From Phoronis australis (taxonomy: Eukaryota > Animalia > Phoronida), in assembly GCA_002633005.1 (NCBI GenBank), contig NMRA01000037.1, positions 1,231,634 to 1,295,633 on the forward strand: 64,000 nucleotides of DNA, written 5' to 3'. The notes below the pieces were generated by a model. The model did no database searches. It saw only the letters and a list, made by a program, of their open reading frames with translations, and was not told the origin of the DNA. Numbering within the stretch: position 1 is the stretch's first letter; every line of letters begins with the position of its first letter. Shown here piece after piece: positions 13,201 through 27,300 of the stretch. Position numbers and translations under genes: made by a program.

Positions 13201-16200
13201 ACAGCAGTTCGTTACTTGATCGATTGCAAGTCCAAAGCAATTAATATTCTTAAATCAGATAGGTAAACATTATTTATTTTATTACATCATAGTGCTCACA
13301 AGATCTTTATAAACTTCGCTCTTAAACTTTACGTCCCATTCAAAATCATATCATTAACCATAAAGTTCACTAACACGAACCTTACGGGACCACATCTAAT
13401 GCGTTAGTTTGCTGCCTGCTTACGGTAGTGATATATATTTATTGAAGAATACACAAGACATACAAAGAAATGATGACAAACCTAGAAATCGCGAAGCATT
13501 ATATCTGGGTTGTAAACAATTCATAAATGAAACTAATATACATAAAGGTATATACATTTAAGTACTATCTGATATAACTATCCCAATATTTAGATATGCT
13601 ATTGCGAACATGCACAGATTCATGTTTGGGAATCAGAAGCAGCAATATTGATAAACGGTACTGATAAAAAAATTGCTAACGTTGCTTAGGAGGAATTCAT
13701 TGAGAACGACGTCAAAGTTAGGACTACCATTCAATAAAAATAGAACTTTAGTAGGGATGTTATTACAATAATTGAGAACATTAACAACTGATTGGTTTTC
13801 ATTGAGTGCACGAAAGAGTGAGTCTCTCAAGTATTCGATGAGGGGACATTTGAAGAAAATATGAGGATAAGATTGATGGTCACCACATTTACAGTTTGGA
13901 GAAACATTACTAAAGTTCCTGCCTGCTCCATAACAAAATGTAAGGTTATTGCTACCGGAGAAGTGGCAGTTAAAGGTTCGGCTTAGGAAGACGAGATGCG
14001 CTTGGGAGTACAGAGAGGACCCAAAGCCAAAATTGAGTTTTGCATGTATGAGATGCAACTCAGAGGAGGGTCTGAACGTGGCTGGTTAATATATTGAACC
14101 ACGCAGCAATATGGATTTGAACAGGTACTCCAACTTAGGACTCAAATCCGAGTTCAAAACTGAGTCTCACCCATAGATAATTGATTCACCACCTACACAA
14201 ACAAACCGCGCGATACTTCTATACACCAACTGCGATACTTGCAGGTTTCTGGCCGACGCTGACTGGGAGTTAGTGGAGAACTCCTGTGTTATAACTGACC
14301 CGTACCACACAGGTCAGACGCAGGTAAGGACAGATTCAGATGTGCCCAGATACACACACTTGCTAAGGTCACCAGACGTAGTTGGCTTTGTCTTGCGACC
14401 ACTGTGCTACAACACCTCCAGACGAATTGCAGTAATTTGGTGTTCTATAACCTCACACCCAATTCAAAGGTTTAATAACGTCAGATAGTCCAAAAATGCT
14501 GATTTTTCTTAGCACGATAAGGAAACGTGCATGTTTTACATTTATTGAATCCCAACTAGGACATTGAGCCGGAGCAAAGCTTTTACCAACGAGTCAGCGT
14601 CTGTCCCGACTGCGAAACTCTGGTGCCGAACGAGCCTTCACCTCAAGAGCAAAGAGAAATGGAAAACGAGGCTCATCTGCGATACATAAAAGCACAGAAG
14701 GTTTGGTATAGAATTATTTCTGAAATGACTGAGTTTTAACTGTTTAGATGGACACTAATACTGTTTGATGTAGCACCAGAGCACTCACTGAGTATCCCAA
14801 AAAATAAACACGAAACATGGGTCAATGTTTGACTTTTAAGCTCAGACACCAGTTTTTAGAGTGTGATGGTGCTAGACTCTCGCATAAACATCGTGGTGTG
14901 GGAGTTCGGATCTTCGCAACTCCCACCCAACAGAAACACTGGAAAAAGATAACAGACGACATGTAACCTATTCAAGTTAGTCATGTAACACCTGCATGAA
15001 TATTTCCGGTTTTAAAACTAGCGTGATCGCTGAGAGAGTTATCATGGATAACTAATGTGTAAACGTATTCGCAACTTGATGTAAACACACTGAGGTGATC
15101 ACTGCCATTATCATTGTCATTAGCAGTAACGGTATGTAACGCTTTTTATGAAAAGAACGCCAGCAGCAATCTCGGAACGTCTTTCCATATGCTATCTAAT
15201 GTGCACAATGTAATGCAAGTAAACATTTACATCATCACTGGCTGAGCTTCCGCTTTGGAAGACTCACATTTCACTGTTTTAGAGTCGCGAGTTAACGTTA
15301 GATACAGAGATAGCACAGACACAATCAACAGGAGCGATAGAGGAAAATGAACAACCCAGGGAAACCAGAGTTCGTGTAGAGAAAGACGAGGGAGAAAATA
15401 CAGACACTCGTGGAAAGAAGGAATTTCAAACTGAAACTAAAGATACTGAAAAAATTAAGTCGAACCCCTCTGGAGATGACGACAAAGAGTCAAAGGCTCA
15501 AAGTAAAGAAAGTGCAAACAAGAAAAAAACAGAAACAGAAGATCGTGAGAAACGAAGTTCCGGATTTGGATCTCAACCAGGTGAGAAAGAAGAACCTAAG
15601 CGTCAGACGTCGAAATTAGGTTCGCGCATATCAGCCGCTAATATGTTAAGTCGATTGGATGAACGTGACGAAAACAGAGACGTACAGCGCAATCAGTTAA
15701 GAACTGGCGGAGGTGGGCTAAACTACGGAAAGAGTTCCGACGTTCACGAATCACGAAGAAACAAAGGCTCTCGAACAAATACGCACTTGACAGGTAGCGT
15801 TGTGAGCATCACCAAGGAAAAGAAAAGCATTCACGAGAAAAAAAGCGACAGCTTAACAGAATGGCCTACCATTAAACCATGGAGGAAAAAACAAGATCGT
15901 GTACGTACACGGATGTTCGTTATCAAAGCAAAACATAGTTGGCATAATGTTTCATAAAATTTACATTTTAATGTACTTTTGCCCAACCATTTTCTTACCT
16001 AATATAAACTTACTGTCCTGTGTACACGTAAAGCGAGTTTGGGACAGACAATGAAGCACAGTTAATTGACCGTCCATGCGAAATTAGGCAAAATTGACTC
16101 AGATTATTGCTGAGATCTTTTACAAAATTCCTTGTCACTCGTGGATACTTCTTATGTAGGTGAAACAAAAAGAAATCTTAGCTATTGTCTGCAAGGGCAT

Positions 16201-19200
16201 GCCATGATGCAATATGAATTGTCGTTTTTGATTGGTCAAACGCAGCCATTCTTGACAGGGAAGCAATGGATTACAGGATAATAACTAGGGAGTCTAACTG
16301 AATCAAGCAGACGCCTAAAGCCATGAATATAATCTAGTATGTAGCGCAATGTGTCCCACGGCACAAGACGGGAAAGCTCAACATCATTGACTGAAGATGA
16401 CGTATTCCTAACACCACTTCGAGCTGGTGATGTAAAAACACTGTTTCTAAAATTTATTGTTCTATAAGTACCAGTGTGTAGAGGCGTTGGTGTAATGGTT
16501 AGAGGTCCTCAACAATCCAGCTTGCGCCAAGAGGAAATAAAAAGGGCTAATCATTGACCATTAAGAGTGCATTATATACTCGTGCTCGCTCTTATAAAAA
16601 CCCTAAAAGATGGCCAAAAAATGACAGGCCAAACGTCTTAACAACGTAAATAGCCTAGAAGCTGGTCTAAATACATCAATAAGTTTTACAAATGATGTTC
16701 GTAAAGAAGGTGTCGGTAACAGGATGTCGAAATAATCTGAGGATATTTTGGCTCATTTCTCATACAAGGTTAAAAATATGTGCTTCGCTATATATTGTAG
16801 CTTCTTAATGAAATTCTTCACTGAATTTATGAGTAATTCATTGTAAGTTGCTACTCAAGCCCTCCAGATTGTGCGTCTGGTTCGTCATTACGTGTATTAT
16901 TTCGGTTTACAGAACAACAGTGCAACAAGAGAGAACGGCAACAAGGACACGGCACAAAAATCTTTGGAGCATACAGTTGGAATAACGTTTTATTCTCCAG
17001 ATTCGTCAGTGGATAAGGCGTCTGCTTCGAAAAGGACGGGAAGTTCAAAGGTTTCGAATGCCAAAGATGTCAGAACTAGTGTAGTTAAACTGAGATTGAC
17101 AGCTGAAAATTTCGACAGCGATAATCAAATGAAGATTCTTGACGAAAAGAAATCCAAAACGCATCAATCTAGGAATGATATGTTGAAATTTTCACAGACG
17201 AAAAAAATGGGTCGTTCTTTTACTACTGACACAGACGGAAGGCAAATTGAAAGAAGTCCGAGCAGCCGTATAGCAGGAGAAAGGGATGACAGTAATTTAA
17301 AGCGTTTTAAAACTGTTCAACTGGTGGAATCTTCCACGGATGTATCTAGTGGAACAAGAAATGAACTTATCATGGTCACTTCAGACATGATCAACGCAGT
17401 TAGTGATCAGATGGATTATCCATCCACATGCAGGACGAGATATAAAACGCATGGAAAACGTGTCACCCGAAACGCTTCATCAACTGGTTCAAAGAAAGGT
17501 AGTCAAAATCAAGACGTCATTGTTGGAAGTAAGGATTCCCCTCTAGAGCAGAAATTGAGTGTAGAACTGGAAGATGGTAAGAAAGAAATTTGGGACGACA
17601 ACACCATTGATTCAGGTAGCGAACAAGTTGTTAGTGTGTCGCCTAACCATTCAATACCTCTCGTTTGGAATAACAACAATAGTCTGGCGATGTCTCGTGC
17701 ACGACAAGGCAGGAGACGGACGTCTGCATTCTACGCAGAAGCTTCTAATGTCCAGGCAAGAGCCGTCGCTGTGATAGGAAACAAGAACGAGAACCGACGA
17801 CGTTCTGACGACATAGACGCAATTCAAGAAGAGTCCAGAAAAAGATATTTGAACGCATGTAAGGTGAGTACCGTGTCTGGCATCGGTGGTTTTTCTGTAA
17901 GTGGCATCTTGCCACCTAAGATCTTGCTAGGATCGTATACGTCGTCAGCGCTCATTGGCAACTATCCAATCATTGGGCAGAAACGCTGTTTTTGTTTGCA
18001 AGATCAATTGTTACATATTTTTCCCCAATGGTCATTATTTAAACGGATAATTTGTTACATATTCCTTGTGAGCGCTAATGTTAGTGAAAGCAGTCCTTAA
18101 GTATAGGCCGAGGATGTGTTAACCTAGCTTCCGTGTTCAAGTTACTCATCGCCAGCACATGAGTTGACCAATGTTTTGCCGAGTAATGATAGGAAGTATG
18201 ACGTCTTAGAAATGTAACTAGAGCATTATTTGTAAGCAAATGAGTATTATAAATGTAGTATTAAAGACAAGCTCAGGGTAATAGTCGAATACGTGCCGAG
18301 ACAATTTACCTTGGCATGTAAATATTCTCTTTATATATTCTTTTCTAGATTAGGCATAGATTATGTCGTTTCGGGAGGTCATATCAGTGATGCAAATCGG
18401 ATGTTTAGTGGTGCAGTGTCATGGCTGTAGATGACCCGGAAATAAGAATTGACATGTCGCCACACTGGGTCCATAGCGTCATAATGACGTCAAAATGACG
18501 TCATGCTAAACATTCCAATAGGGAGCAGTAGTATTTGGAGAGTTAAGAAACACTTAGACGACTTTGGATAACACACCACTGCAGGCAAGGAAAGGGAAGA
18601 CGTAATAGTCTCATGTCATCGCTTGTGTAGTTATGTTTCAATGCTTAACTCCGCCGGTTCAGCCAAGTCAACCAAACCCAACTGGCATCTAATCCGTTTG
18701 TAAGTCAGATGTCGTCACAGAAAACCAACCAGAAGTCTTATTCGATTGACTCGGCTGATTGATTTTTAAGTCGGAAGTCGTCAGCAAAAACCAACCAGAA
18801 TTTTTGGTTGATCAGGAAGTACTTCCGGGGTAACTCAATAGCAACCTTTGAAGTATTAGATTTATGGAGACGTTAGGAATGTGATAAAATCGATAGAAGT
18901 TCAAATGATCGAGTTCACATATTCTAAGTGTAGCTGTGCGTCAAGCACGCTAGCATGAAAATTGTTGTGGCATATATATATACAGTTATTCCGAATTGAA
19001 TCAAAGCCAGACGCTTTCCCTGTAGGTGTATGCCACATAGTCATGTAGGTAGTCTGTTCATAGAAAGATTATTCGGTATGTACAAATTTATTGCAAAAAT
19101 GAATAATCAGACGATGTTCCAAGGAGTTTGTGTGCTTGTACGTTCATGGTTTATTTCGAAACTTTATATTGGGTTACCAATGTCTCGAACTAGTCTAATT

Positions 19201-21326
19201 GTTCCGCTGAAGATACTGTTATAGATTTCAATGATAGAAAAAATGTTACGCACAGAGTGTTCCAAAATGCAACCTCAAATCAACGTGTCTTTGTAAAATG
19301 GCTCCGTTGCACTACAGGTGGCTTTATTTGAAAGCAAGGCTAATCTTGAATAAACATATTTCGAGACGTGCATCTGTCGTAAAGGTGCTGAGGATAAGAT
19401 TACCTCAAACTATTATGCAACCACCGAAACTTTCGTAGTGTGATTGGCTAAAATAAAGTACGATGATCTCCGTGCTGTGGTGATGTCACCCGGCTAGCCG
19501 CGTAATGCCACTTTTCAAGCCATTCGGAGGACAAATGTCGCTACTTGTGAGCAAACTGAGAACTTACATTTTGCATAAACCTCAATTCCATAAACAAGGT
19601 TATCGAGCCGACGATGCCAGTATATCAAGAAGTAGAAGTGTGTGATAAAACAAATGCAGATCAATCCCTTGAACATTTGGCTTTCGAACTCGGTCAACAT
19701 TGCATTTCCGATGTCCAAATAGACCTGATTCACTCTTGCTTGCGGTCCAAACATGTACAGCGTTGCCTAACGACGAGTGCAAATTAATAAGAAACCGTGG
19801 CTAAATGACCTGTACTTATTAGCTAGCGGTCACATAAAGACGTGCTGTGACCATTTGCTCAATCTCATGCAGATTAGACGCAGGCTTTCATCCCCTTTCC
19901 GGTAAACACTCCAATTGCGTGAAAAAGAGCTCCTCCTTTTGTAAATGGTGCAACAAAGACACTTAACGCCATCAACATTTGTACAAATTATAAAGTAACA
20001 CGTTCATAAACAACGGACAGTGTTGTTGAACGACATTTGTACATTCAATTTATCTTTTTAATTTGCGTGATTTCATAAAACCGAATTCTAACAATGAAGT
20101 GGCCACTTTTGCTGGCTACTCGAAGCTGGTGTCTTAAAGTTTGCGTTGCATTTTCGGGCACACTGTGCTTACAAAATCAGTACACTTTTGAGTGACAGAT
20201 TTTGCATTTTTATTATTTTCTATAACATATTGTGCTACGTGTCTTCGAGCTGTGATCTGGGATGACATGTGATATAGGATACATAAATGCGTCATGTAAA
20301 CGTAGGACCGTGCCTTTGCATTCAATATCTTATTCTTTTATTGGTACGATGAAAAGAACATTTACACAGAGTTTGGTCACAAATGAATAAGCGTGGTTAT
20401 TTATGTCACCTAAAACCTTGCTGAACAACTAGAACTCGATGTTATTATGTTGGGTAATACGGTGACATTCTCGTAACGTGATGTGGTTATGCAACTTTGA
20501 TGCCTCGAGCCTGGATGAATATTTGAAGGTATATTTCGCTCTGTTTATCCGTTGGATTTAATTCTTTTACGCCTATGAAAATCGGTCTGTTAATGCTCCC
20601 AACCCAGATAGGATTTTATTCACGTTGTCGACAAGAAAAGCGAAACCACCAGACGCTTTAGAGATCATTCGTTGGCCAACCCTGAAACTGGGATTCGAAA
20701 ATGGTGCCTTTGCGCATTGCCTATGACTTGAGTTTCCTACACAGTTGACAACAGTTCATGATCATATGAGCATTACAATATTTTTCGTAAAACCTCAAAG
20801 CACTTTAAGATGATGCAAATGCTGCTTTTAAAATATTATCCTGTCTTCGTTGCATTCACGTTACACAGAGAAACGGCTCGAGGGCTACTTGTAGAACAGA
20901 TATAGTGTGTGTAGAGTTTCAGTGAAATGAGTCTCAAGCAATTGTGAGCCTCACATGTTTTTGAAAATAAAGTTTACAACCGCTATTGTTTCGTTGTGTA
21001 CCTGATCTTAAGTCGAGGTTTCTCATTATACATCATTCTGCATTACACTATGAACAATAGAACCAACGTTGTGCTAGCAAGAGAAAGAGAGCCGACAGAA
21101 GCTGAAGCAGAGTCATTGGCAACAACGGCATCTCTAGATGCTGCGGTAACGGGGACGAGGGCGGCGATGGCGTCGGCGGCGACAGCAACATCAGCAGTAG
21201 CAGAAGCTGCAGCAGTAGAATCACTGCCGCTTCTTACCTCTGCAGCAGCAACGACCCAGTTGAAATAATATCAATAGCAGTAGCAGTAGCAGTAGCACCA
21301 GCAGTAGCAGCAGCAGTAGAAGTAGT

Positions 21327-21366
<40 letters not shown>

Positions 21367-24300
21367 GTAGTAGTGGTGGTGGTAGTATTATTATTAGTAG
21401 TAGTAGCAGTAGCAGTAGGAGTAGCAGTAGCATCAGCAGCAGCAGCAGCAGTAGCAGCAGTAGCAGTAACAGTAGTAGCAATAGTGACAGTAGCCGTAGC
21501 AGCAACAATAGTAGATATAAGTAGCAGTTGCAATACTTCTGCTAGTGTTTGTAACACTCTTGGTGTAGCTGGTAGTGACGCTAGTAATAGTTTACTGGCA
21601 GTCACTCGTGGTAGTCGACTACTAGTAGACATAGTAGTACTAGTAGAAGTACCAAAAGTAAGATACACTAATAAGTATTTTTCAAGTTCCAGTGAGTACA
21701 CGAGATATATTTGCTCCATCTGGTTACAAAGCCAGCCTCTCGGAATTTCTTCTGCGTGTGTGTTCTTTCAACACGCGACAGTGCAGGTAGCGTTTTATTT
21801 CCACTCGTGTGACCGAAGTAGAGTGTTTTGATCATATTAATAACTTTTTTATTGTTGTATTGCTTTCTGTGTGATCATGATGTCCTTGGTACAATGTCTA
21901 CGCGCACTGTCGCATGTTCACAAAGGTAACATGAGAAATTACAAAAGGCTGGCTTTGAAGCTGAATAGGGCCAATTTATCTTATATTTTCAACGAAGCTT
22001 TGAAAAAGAGGGATAATTATCTAATTTTAAAAAGGATTTTAGTAATATTACTAGCGGTTGTAGCAGTCGTATAGTTGCAGTAGTAGGTATTAGTTAGTAG
22101 TAGTTATGGTAGAAATGGTAGTTATAGCAGAAGTGATAGAAGTATGTGTTATAGAGATATCAGGGGTGATAGTAGGAACAGTATAGACACGATAATGCTT
22201 TTAAGTTGATAGCAATTAGTTATAGATACAGCTAGTCATATTGAAAAACTAGTATTTGTGATTTGTGCATCCTTTCTCATGAAAACTTTTCTAAGTAGTA
22301 TTGTGTGTTGGTGCCATAATATGTGGTTGATTGAAAATTTGCACCGTTCTTACATGGGACTCAAACCTACGGTAACCTGCATTTTCGGCAGGATCTTTGC
22401 CGTACGAGACACCGAGGCGCCACTGTTTCAGGCACTGCACGTGCTGCAGATCAGCAGCAGGGCAATGGCATGTGATGAAATAGTGGAGACGGTTCAGTCA
22501 GCTTGTAAAATGCACCTGTTAGTAGTCGTCAGAGTAGCACCTGTGAGGAAATGGCCAAGTGTAGAGATTCTGGGAAACAATACCTTTCCTTACAAAATTG
22601 ATGTTAAGTATCTTGCTTTAAATTCAAATTGCTATCGAAATCAATTTACGTTTCGTGGGATTCTTGTTTTTCGAAAAATACCTAGTTCTTTTAAAAAAAA
22701 TTAGTTTTCAAAACTTCATTTTTCTTCAAAAACTTCAGTGTGCTAGAATAGCCAATAGAGGCATTGAGTCAAAGGTTAAACCTGCTTTAAAATTCATCCT
22801 TTTGCCTAATTTTGGCTTTTAGGTTAGTTACTGGAAACAGTTTGAGCATGGAATGTTGTCGCGAGAAGCAGTGAGTAAACTTGTAGAATGTGCTGACGTC
22901 GCTACAGACCAGAGAGGAGGGTACGTACTCGTCTTGTTGATAAGAACACGGCTATCACGTGACGAAGTCCGTTTAATGTTGAGCAAAGGTCGTTAATAAC
23001 TGCAGGGGGTCTGATACACGTTGTAACAGACGTGCACAGGCCTCGCTTGTGGACCAACTGATCCCCTGGAACCATTTTATGCTTTATTAATATATAGTTA
23101 AAACCGAGCTGAGGAGCTAGAAACCTGACTCAAGGGTTTATCAGTTTGACCCAGTGGGACTCGAACCCACGACCTCGATTAAAAAAGCGGGTACCTATCA
23201 CACTAGGCCACACTGCCTCCTCCATAGTTTGTTAAGCAAATTATGCAATATTTGTTTTCATGCTTGCAATAAAAACTTCTTCGTAAATTGTATTACACGC
23301 CTTTTGTTTTGCGCGATTTAAAAAAAACTGACACGTGTTTGTGCGTGGCTGATGAACAAGACCTTGAATGAAAGGCTTTAAAAGAAAGGTCGTTAACTTT
23401 TGAACATCACCCGATAATCGAACTTCTTCACCATTTATTGTTTATTGATTGGCTCCGTGATGACCAATCTTTACCGAAACTCGAGTCGAAAATTAGCTAT
23501 TGCGTGGCACGCTTCAAGTTGACGCCATGCTACTAGTCAATGTTCGGTCGAGTCTTGTTTAACATGTTGTGGTCTCGAGAAGGCTTGAAATTGATTGTAC
23601 TGAATATTGCATTTTGCCGTCACGAAAACTTGAGATGCGTTCCGTAAGCCTACATGACTGCAAGTTTGACGAGATCAAACTATCTTCACGAGATATCATC
23701 ATGATTAACCTGAGAATCACGTGATCATGCCAGCTATTGATCGCGAGTATTTGGCCTTGCGAAACGGGCCCTGTATAAGAAGTTCATACATGTTTAGGTA
23801 TATGGATTTGAAAGAAATAAAGAAAACGTGGCAGGTGAAAGGATTGTTCCCGTATCTGGTAAGATTGCGTGTAAATGTTTTGTAACTTTTTATATTGCTC
23901 AGAGCTATTTGCATTTTATCAACTAGGCTGCCCTGAAAATACTGTTTGGTGCCATTCGTTTGCTACTCTGAGTTTTTAGGCCGATGGACAACATATTTTA
24001 AAAACAACATATTTTATTTGTGCACTTTTCATTGACGGGTTTTTGTTCTACTAGATGTGTCGCCATTCACAACTGAAAAGAATAATTCTTTTGTCAGATA
24101 TCAAATAAATATTTCTGCCGAGTACGTATTCTGCCTTTTTTCGCGCCAAAAAATACACCTCTACTCAGTGTAGGCAGTTTTGACCAGCATCTCGTTTTCA
24201 GAACAGCAACGAGATTTTCCTACGATAATTGTGGTTTCCCCCATAATTACGTCCTTGAACCGCCTGTGCGTGTTTATATTCATCTTTACCGACACAATGT

Positions 24301-27300
24301 GTTCAAAGAGTGCAACATAGCCTTAGGTTTCCAATTTTAATTGAACCGTGTATCGTAACGCCAAAGCAACAATATAAACCTTCACTGATGTGGTCCTTGC
24401 AGAAACAAAAACTTGAAACGTGGGGACTGACTCACAGAGGACCGCAGGAAGCTATGCCCAGGAATAGATTTCGGCGCTGGTGTTACATTGCAGCCAATCA
24501 TATTGTGTTCGAAACAATCATCAATATCGTGATTCTTGTGAATATGATACCAATTCTGATGGAGATCTTGGATAAGAACCCCTCTCCTGGCAACCAACAG
24601 TTTTTTGATTACTCCAATTATGTCTTCTTTGCCATATACTGCCAGGAGGCATTCGTTAAGGTAGGAATTTAGTTATTTCTAGTTCGTATTAACATACTTG
24701 AACTAAATTTATGATTTACGCACGCAGAATATACGAATGAAATCTGAATTTTTCCGCCAGAGAATAGATGTGAATGTGTTTTATTATACTTTGCATTATG
24801 CGAAATTATCTATCCGTGCGTTAAAACAGTTCCTCTGAGAGACGTTCAGAATAATAGGCAACCTTTTTACAAAGTGTGATGTGGACTTCAGTGCAATGAT
24901 AACTTTAGACCAACTTTGTTACCGGTGACGTGAATTGAATTATCTAAATGATGAGAAGTAATTAATGCCGAAATATGCCTAAAACTGCATATTGTCCAGT
25001 TTAGGTTCACGAAAAATCGAAATCAAAACTGTCTCACTTGGCACTACAAAACTACAGCTTCATTATCTCCTTTACCATGATAAATTATATCCGTTGCTAA
25101 AAAGAACACGCAAACCATTAATCACGGGTTACAAAGCTCTTTAGAAAACTGTTCAACCCTTTCTGCGCTTCGTTTTAACCGCAGGTGATGTCATTATTGC
25201 AACTGAATGTTGTAACTGTGGCTACAATTTTGTTTAATTCCACTTTTAAATTTTTTTCGTAGTTTCTCGTTAATGTGCATTACGTGTTCAGGAAGTGCAC
25301 TTTTAAGTGTCAGGGGGTATAATTATGCGTAACTGAGACTGTTAGTTTACTATCTACGTTATGACTTTGACGTTTGCTTCCAGGTTATTGCGTTTGGGAA
25401 GCACTATTTTCTAAGCCACTGGAACCAGCTGGACTTGTTAGTCATTATTTTGTCGGTCGTCGACATAGTCATTTCAAAAGTCGAAGATGAATCACAAACC
25501 TTTGCCATCGATCCAAGTTTTCTGAAACTTGCCAGGATATTTAGATTACTTCGAATTAGTCGTCTGTTAAAGCTATGTAGGGTAAGTACAGCCGTCTCCT
25601 CAATTCAAAGTACACTGTGGCACGATATTTTTGGTATTGCAAGGAATTAACATTTGCCTCAAATTGGTCATATTAAACGTTTCAGATAAATTATGAATCC
25701 ACAGCCAGTTATTGTTGCAGGCATGGAATTGAGAACATTCGACAGTGTTAATACAAATATCTGTGCAAAGAAACAACAAAAACAGTAAAACTATAATGAA
25801 TGGTGCACAAACGCTTGCGGCATAGATGTCAAAGCTCTATAGTTCCACTTCCTTTTATGATAAGGTTATATGACGTGGTGACTGCTATCTTCTTTTGAAA
25901 CTGCAGCCACTAACGCCGAAGATCCTTGAATTCTTCAATAAACAAATCAACAAGCAACTTAGCTTCGGCTACGATGTCGGGAAGGGCTATGTAAGCGGCG
26001 AGGAGGAAGTTAACAAGCTCATCGATCAAATGATAGACCACAAACCTATAGCGCAGAATTTGAAGGAAATATCCGAGCAAGGTCGACTAGAGGTCATCCG
26101 GGAACTTGGTCAGTTTACGAAATTTCATTGGACAATACTTGTTGCACCAATAACACGACCGTAGAAGTTCGATCGACTTGACGGACCACGATTGTTAAGA
26201 ATTAAAATTTGTCGTTAAAGAGTGTGCCGCCACCGTCAGTCGCACAGTCCAATTGTTCGATACACCAAAGACGACCAAAGACGTTTAGAATGCTTTCAAA
26301 ATGGCGAAATTGCGTGTGAGAATAGCAGATTTTCAGAGTATTGGTCCTTCAAAGTAGGCCTTTTAAGGATTAGAATTTTCTTGAAGTACGACTTAAAATC
26401 TCGGTTACAAATTCCTACTGAATAGAAGTAGACAACGCAAGTTTTCTTTCTTTTTCCTATTTTAAGCCACCAATTATAAGAATGTCAAATATTTTGCTCC
26501 ATATGTATTGAAACCAAGTCAAGTGTAGAATGAGACACAAATGTTAAAATATTTTCCGAGAAAACTAGACTAATCTAGAATTTGCACATGCAAATAGACA
26601 TTCATACGATGATTTTGAATGACAACTCCACCAGCTGTCGTTCTGAAATGCCGTTTCCTTTCTAGCTATGCTGCAACGAGAACATCCGGGTATTGCAGTA
26701 GCAGTGAAGACACGTCAAGCCATCCGTAGTGTTCTTAATACAATCATGGAAAGTTTGAACGATCTTAAAGGAGATGGTCTATTAGATGATGTGGAGAGTT
26801 TAAAGTTATCACAGGTGAGCATACTTCTGGGATGGCTTGTACAATGGAATCAATTTTCCAAAAGAATAAGACGACTGAGAAAACGAACACCTGGTTGAAT
26901 TAATTTAAAGAAAATCGACTAAAGAGAAATGCGGCAAAGTTTTGAAATCATAATCAATGTCACCATGTTCTTTAAATTCTAGTGGCAGATACTAACCTCT
27001 TAGTGATTGCAAGAAAAAGTAAACGTTATGTGAATATGCGCTGAAATGGACCATCCACGAACGATGGCACTTTTCAGGTTCCTAAGTGGCGCATATGTCT
27101 ACCGTTTCATAGTAACTGTTCACGGTCTGATCTTTGATAGAAACCCTTGCCTATTTCAGATGATTGAATTACAAATGAAGCGCCTACTAAACGCGCCATC
27201 CTCTATCCCACCTCCGCCACCGGAGAACATGTTGTCTTACGTTAGCTGGTTAGAAGGAGATCAACAGCTTATACAATTGGTCAAGGTACATTTGTATACC

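Noticed and set aside
17864-18100. 3' extension of the 409-aa ORF 16871-18100 as a standalone single-exon gene
   Set aside because: The ORF starts at a GTG in intron-like sequence, and its composition changes after the strong donor at 17863; better explained as an internal exon plus read-through.
18485-18503. Double TGACGTCA (CRE) in intron 12
   Set aside because: Lies in repeat-like sequence (related to 6300-6420) downstream of the alternative exons; no evidence for a promoter.
20996-21831. Poly-Ala/Val/Leu/Thr ORFs on both strands
   Set aside because: Translation of a (GCA/GTA)n repeat; no supporting splice structure or domain.
22375-22500. Minus-strand CHC...HVQCLKQW resembling a RING-variant fragment
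   Set aside because: Too short, with off spacing and no supporting exons.
23145-23222. tRNA-like sequence on the minus strand
   Set aside because: A and B boxes are present but there is no intact cloverleaf or acceptor stem, and it runs into a SINE body; called a SINE, not a tRNA.
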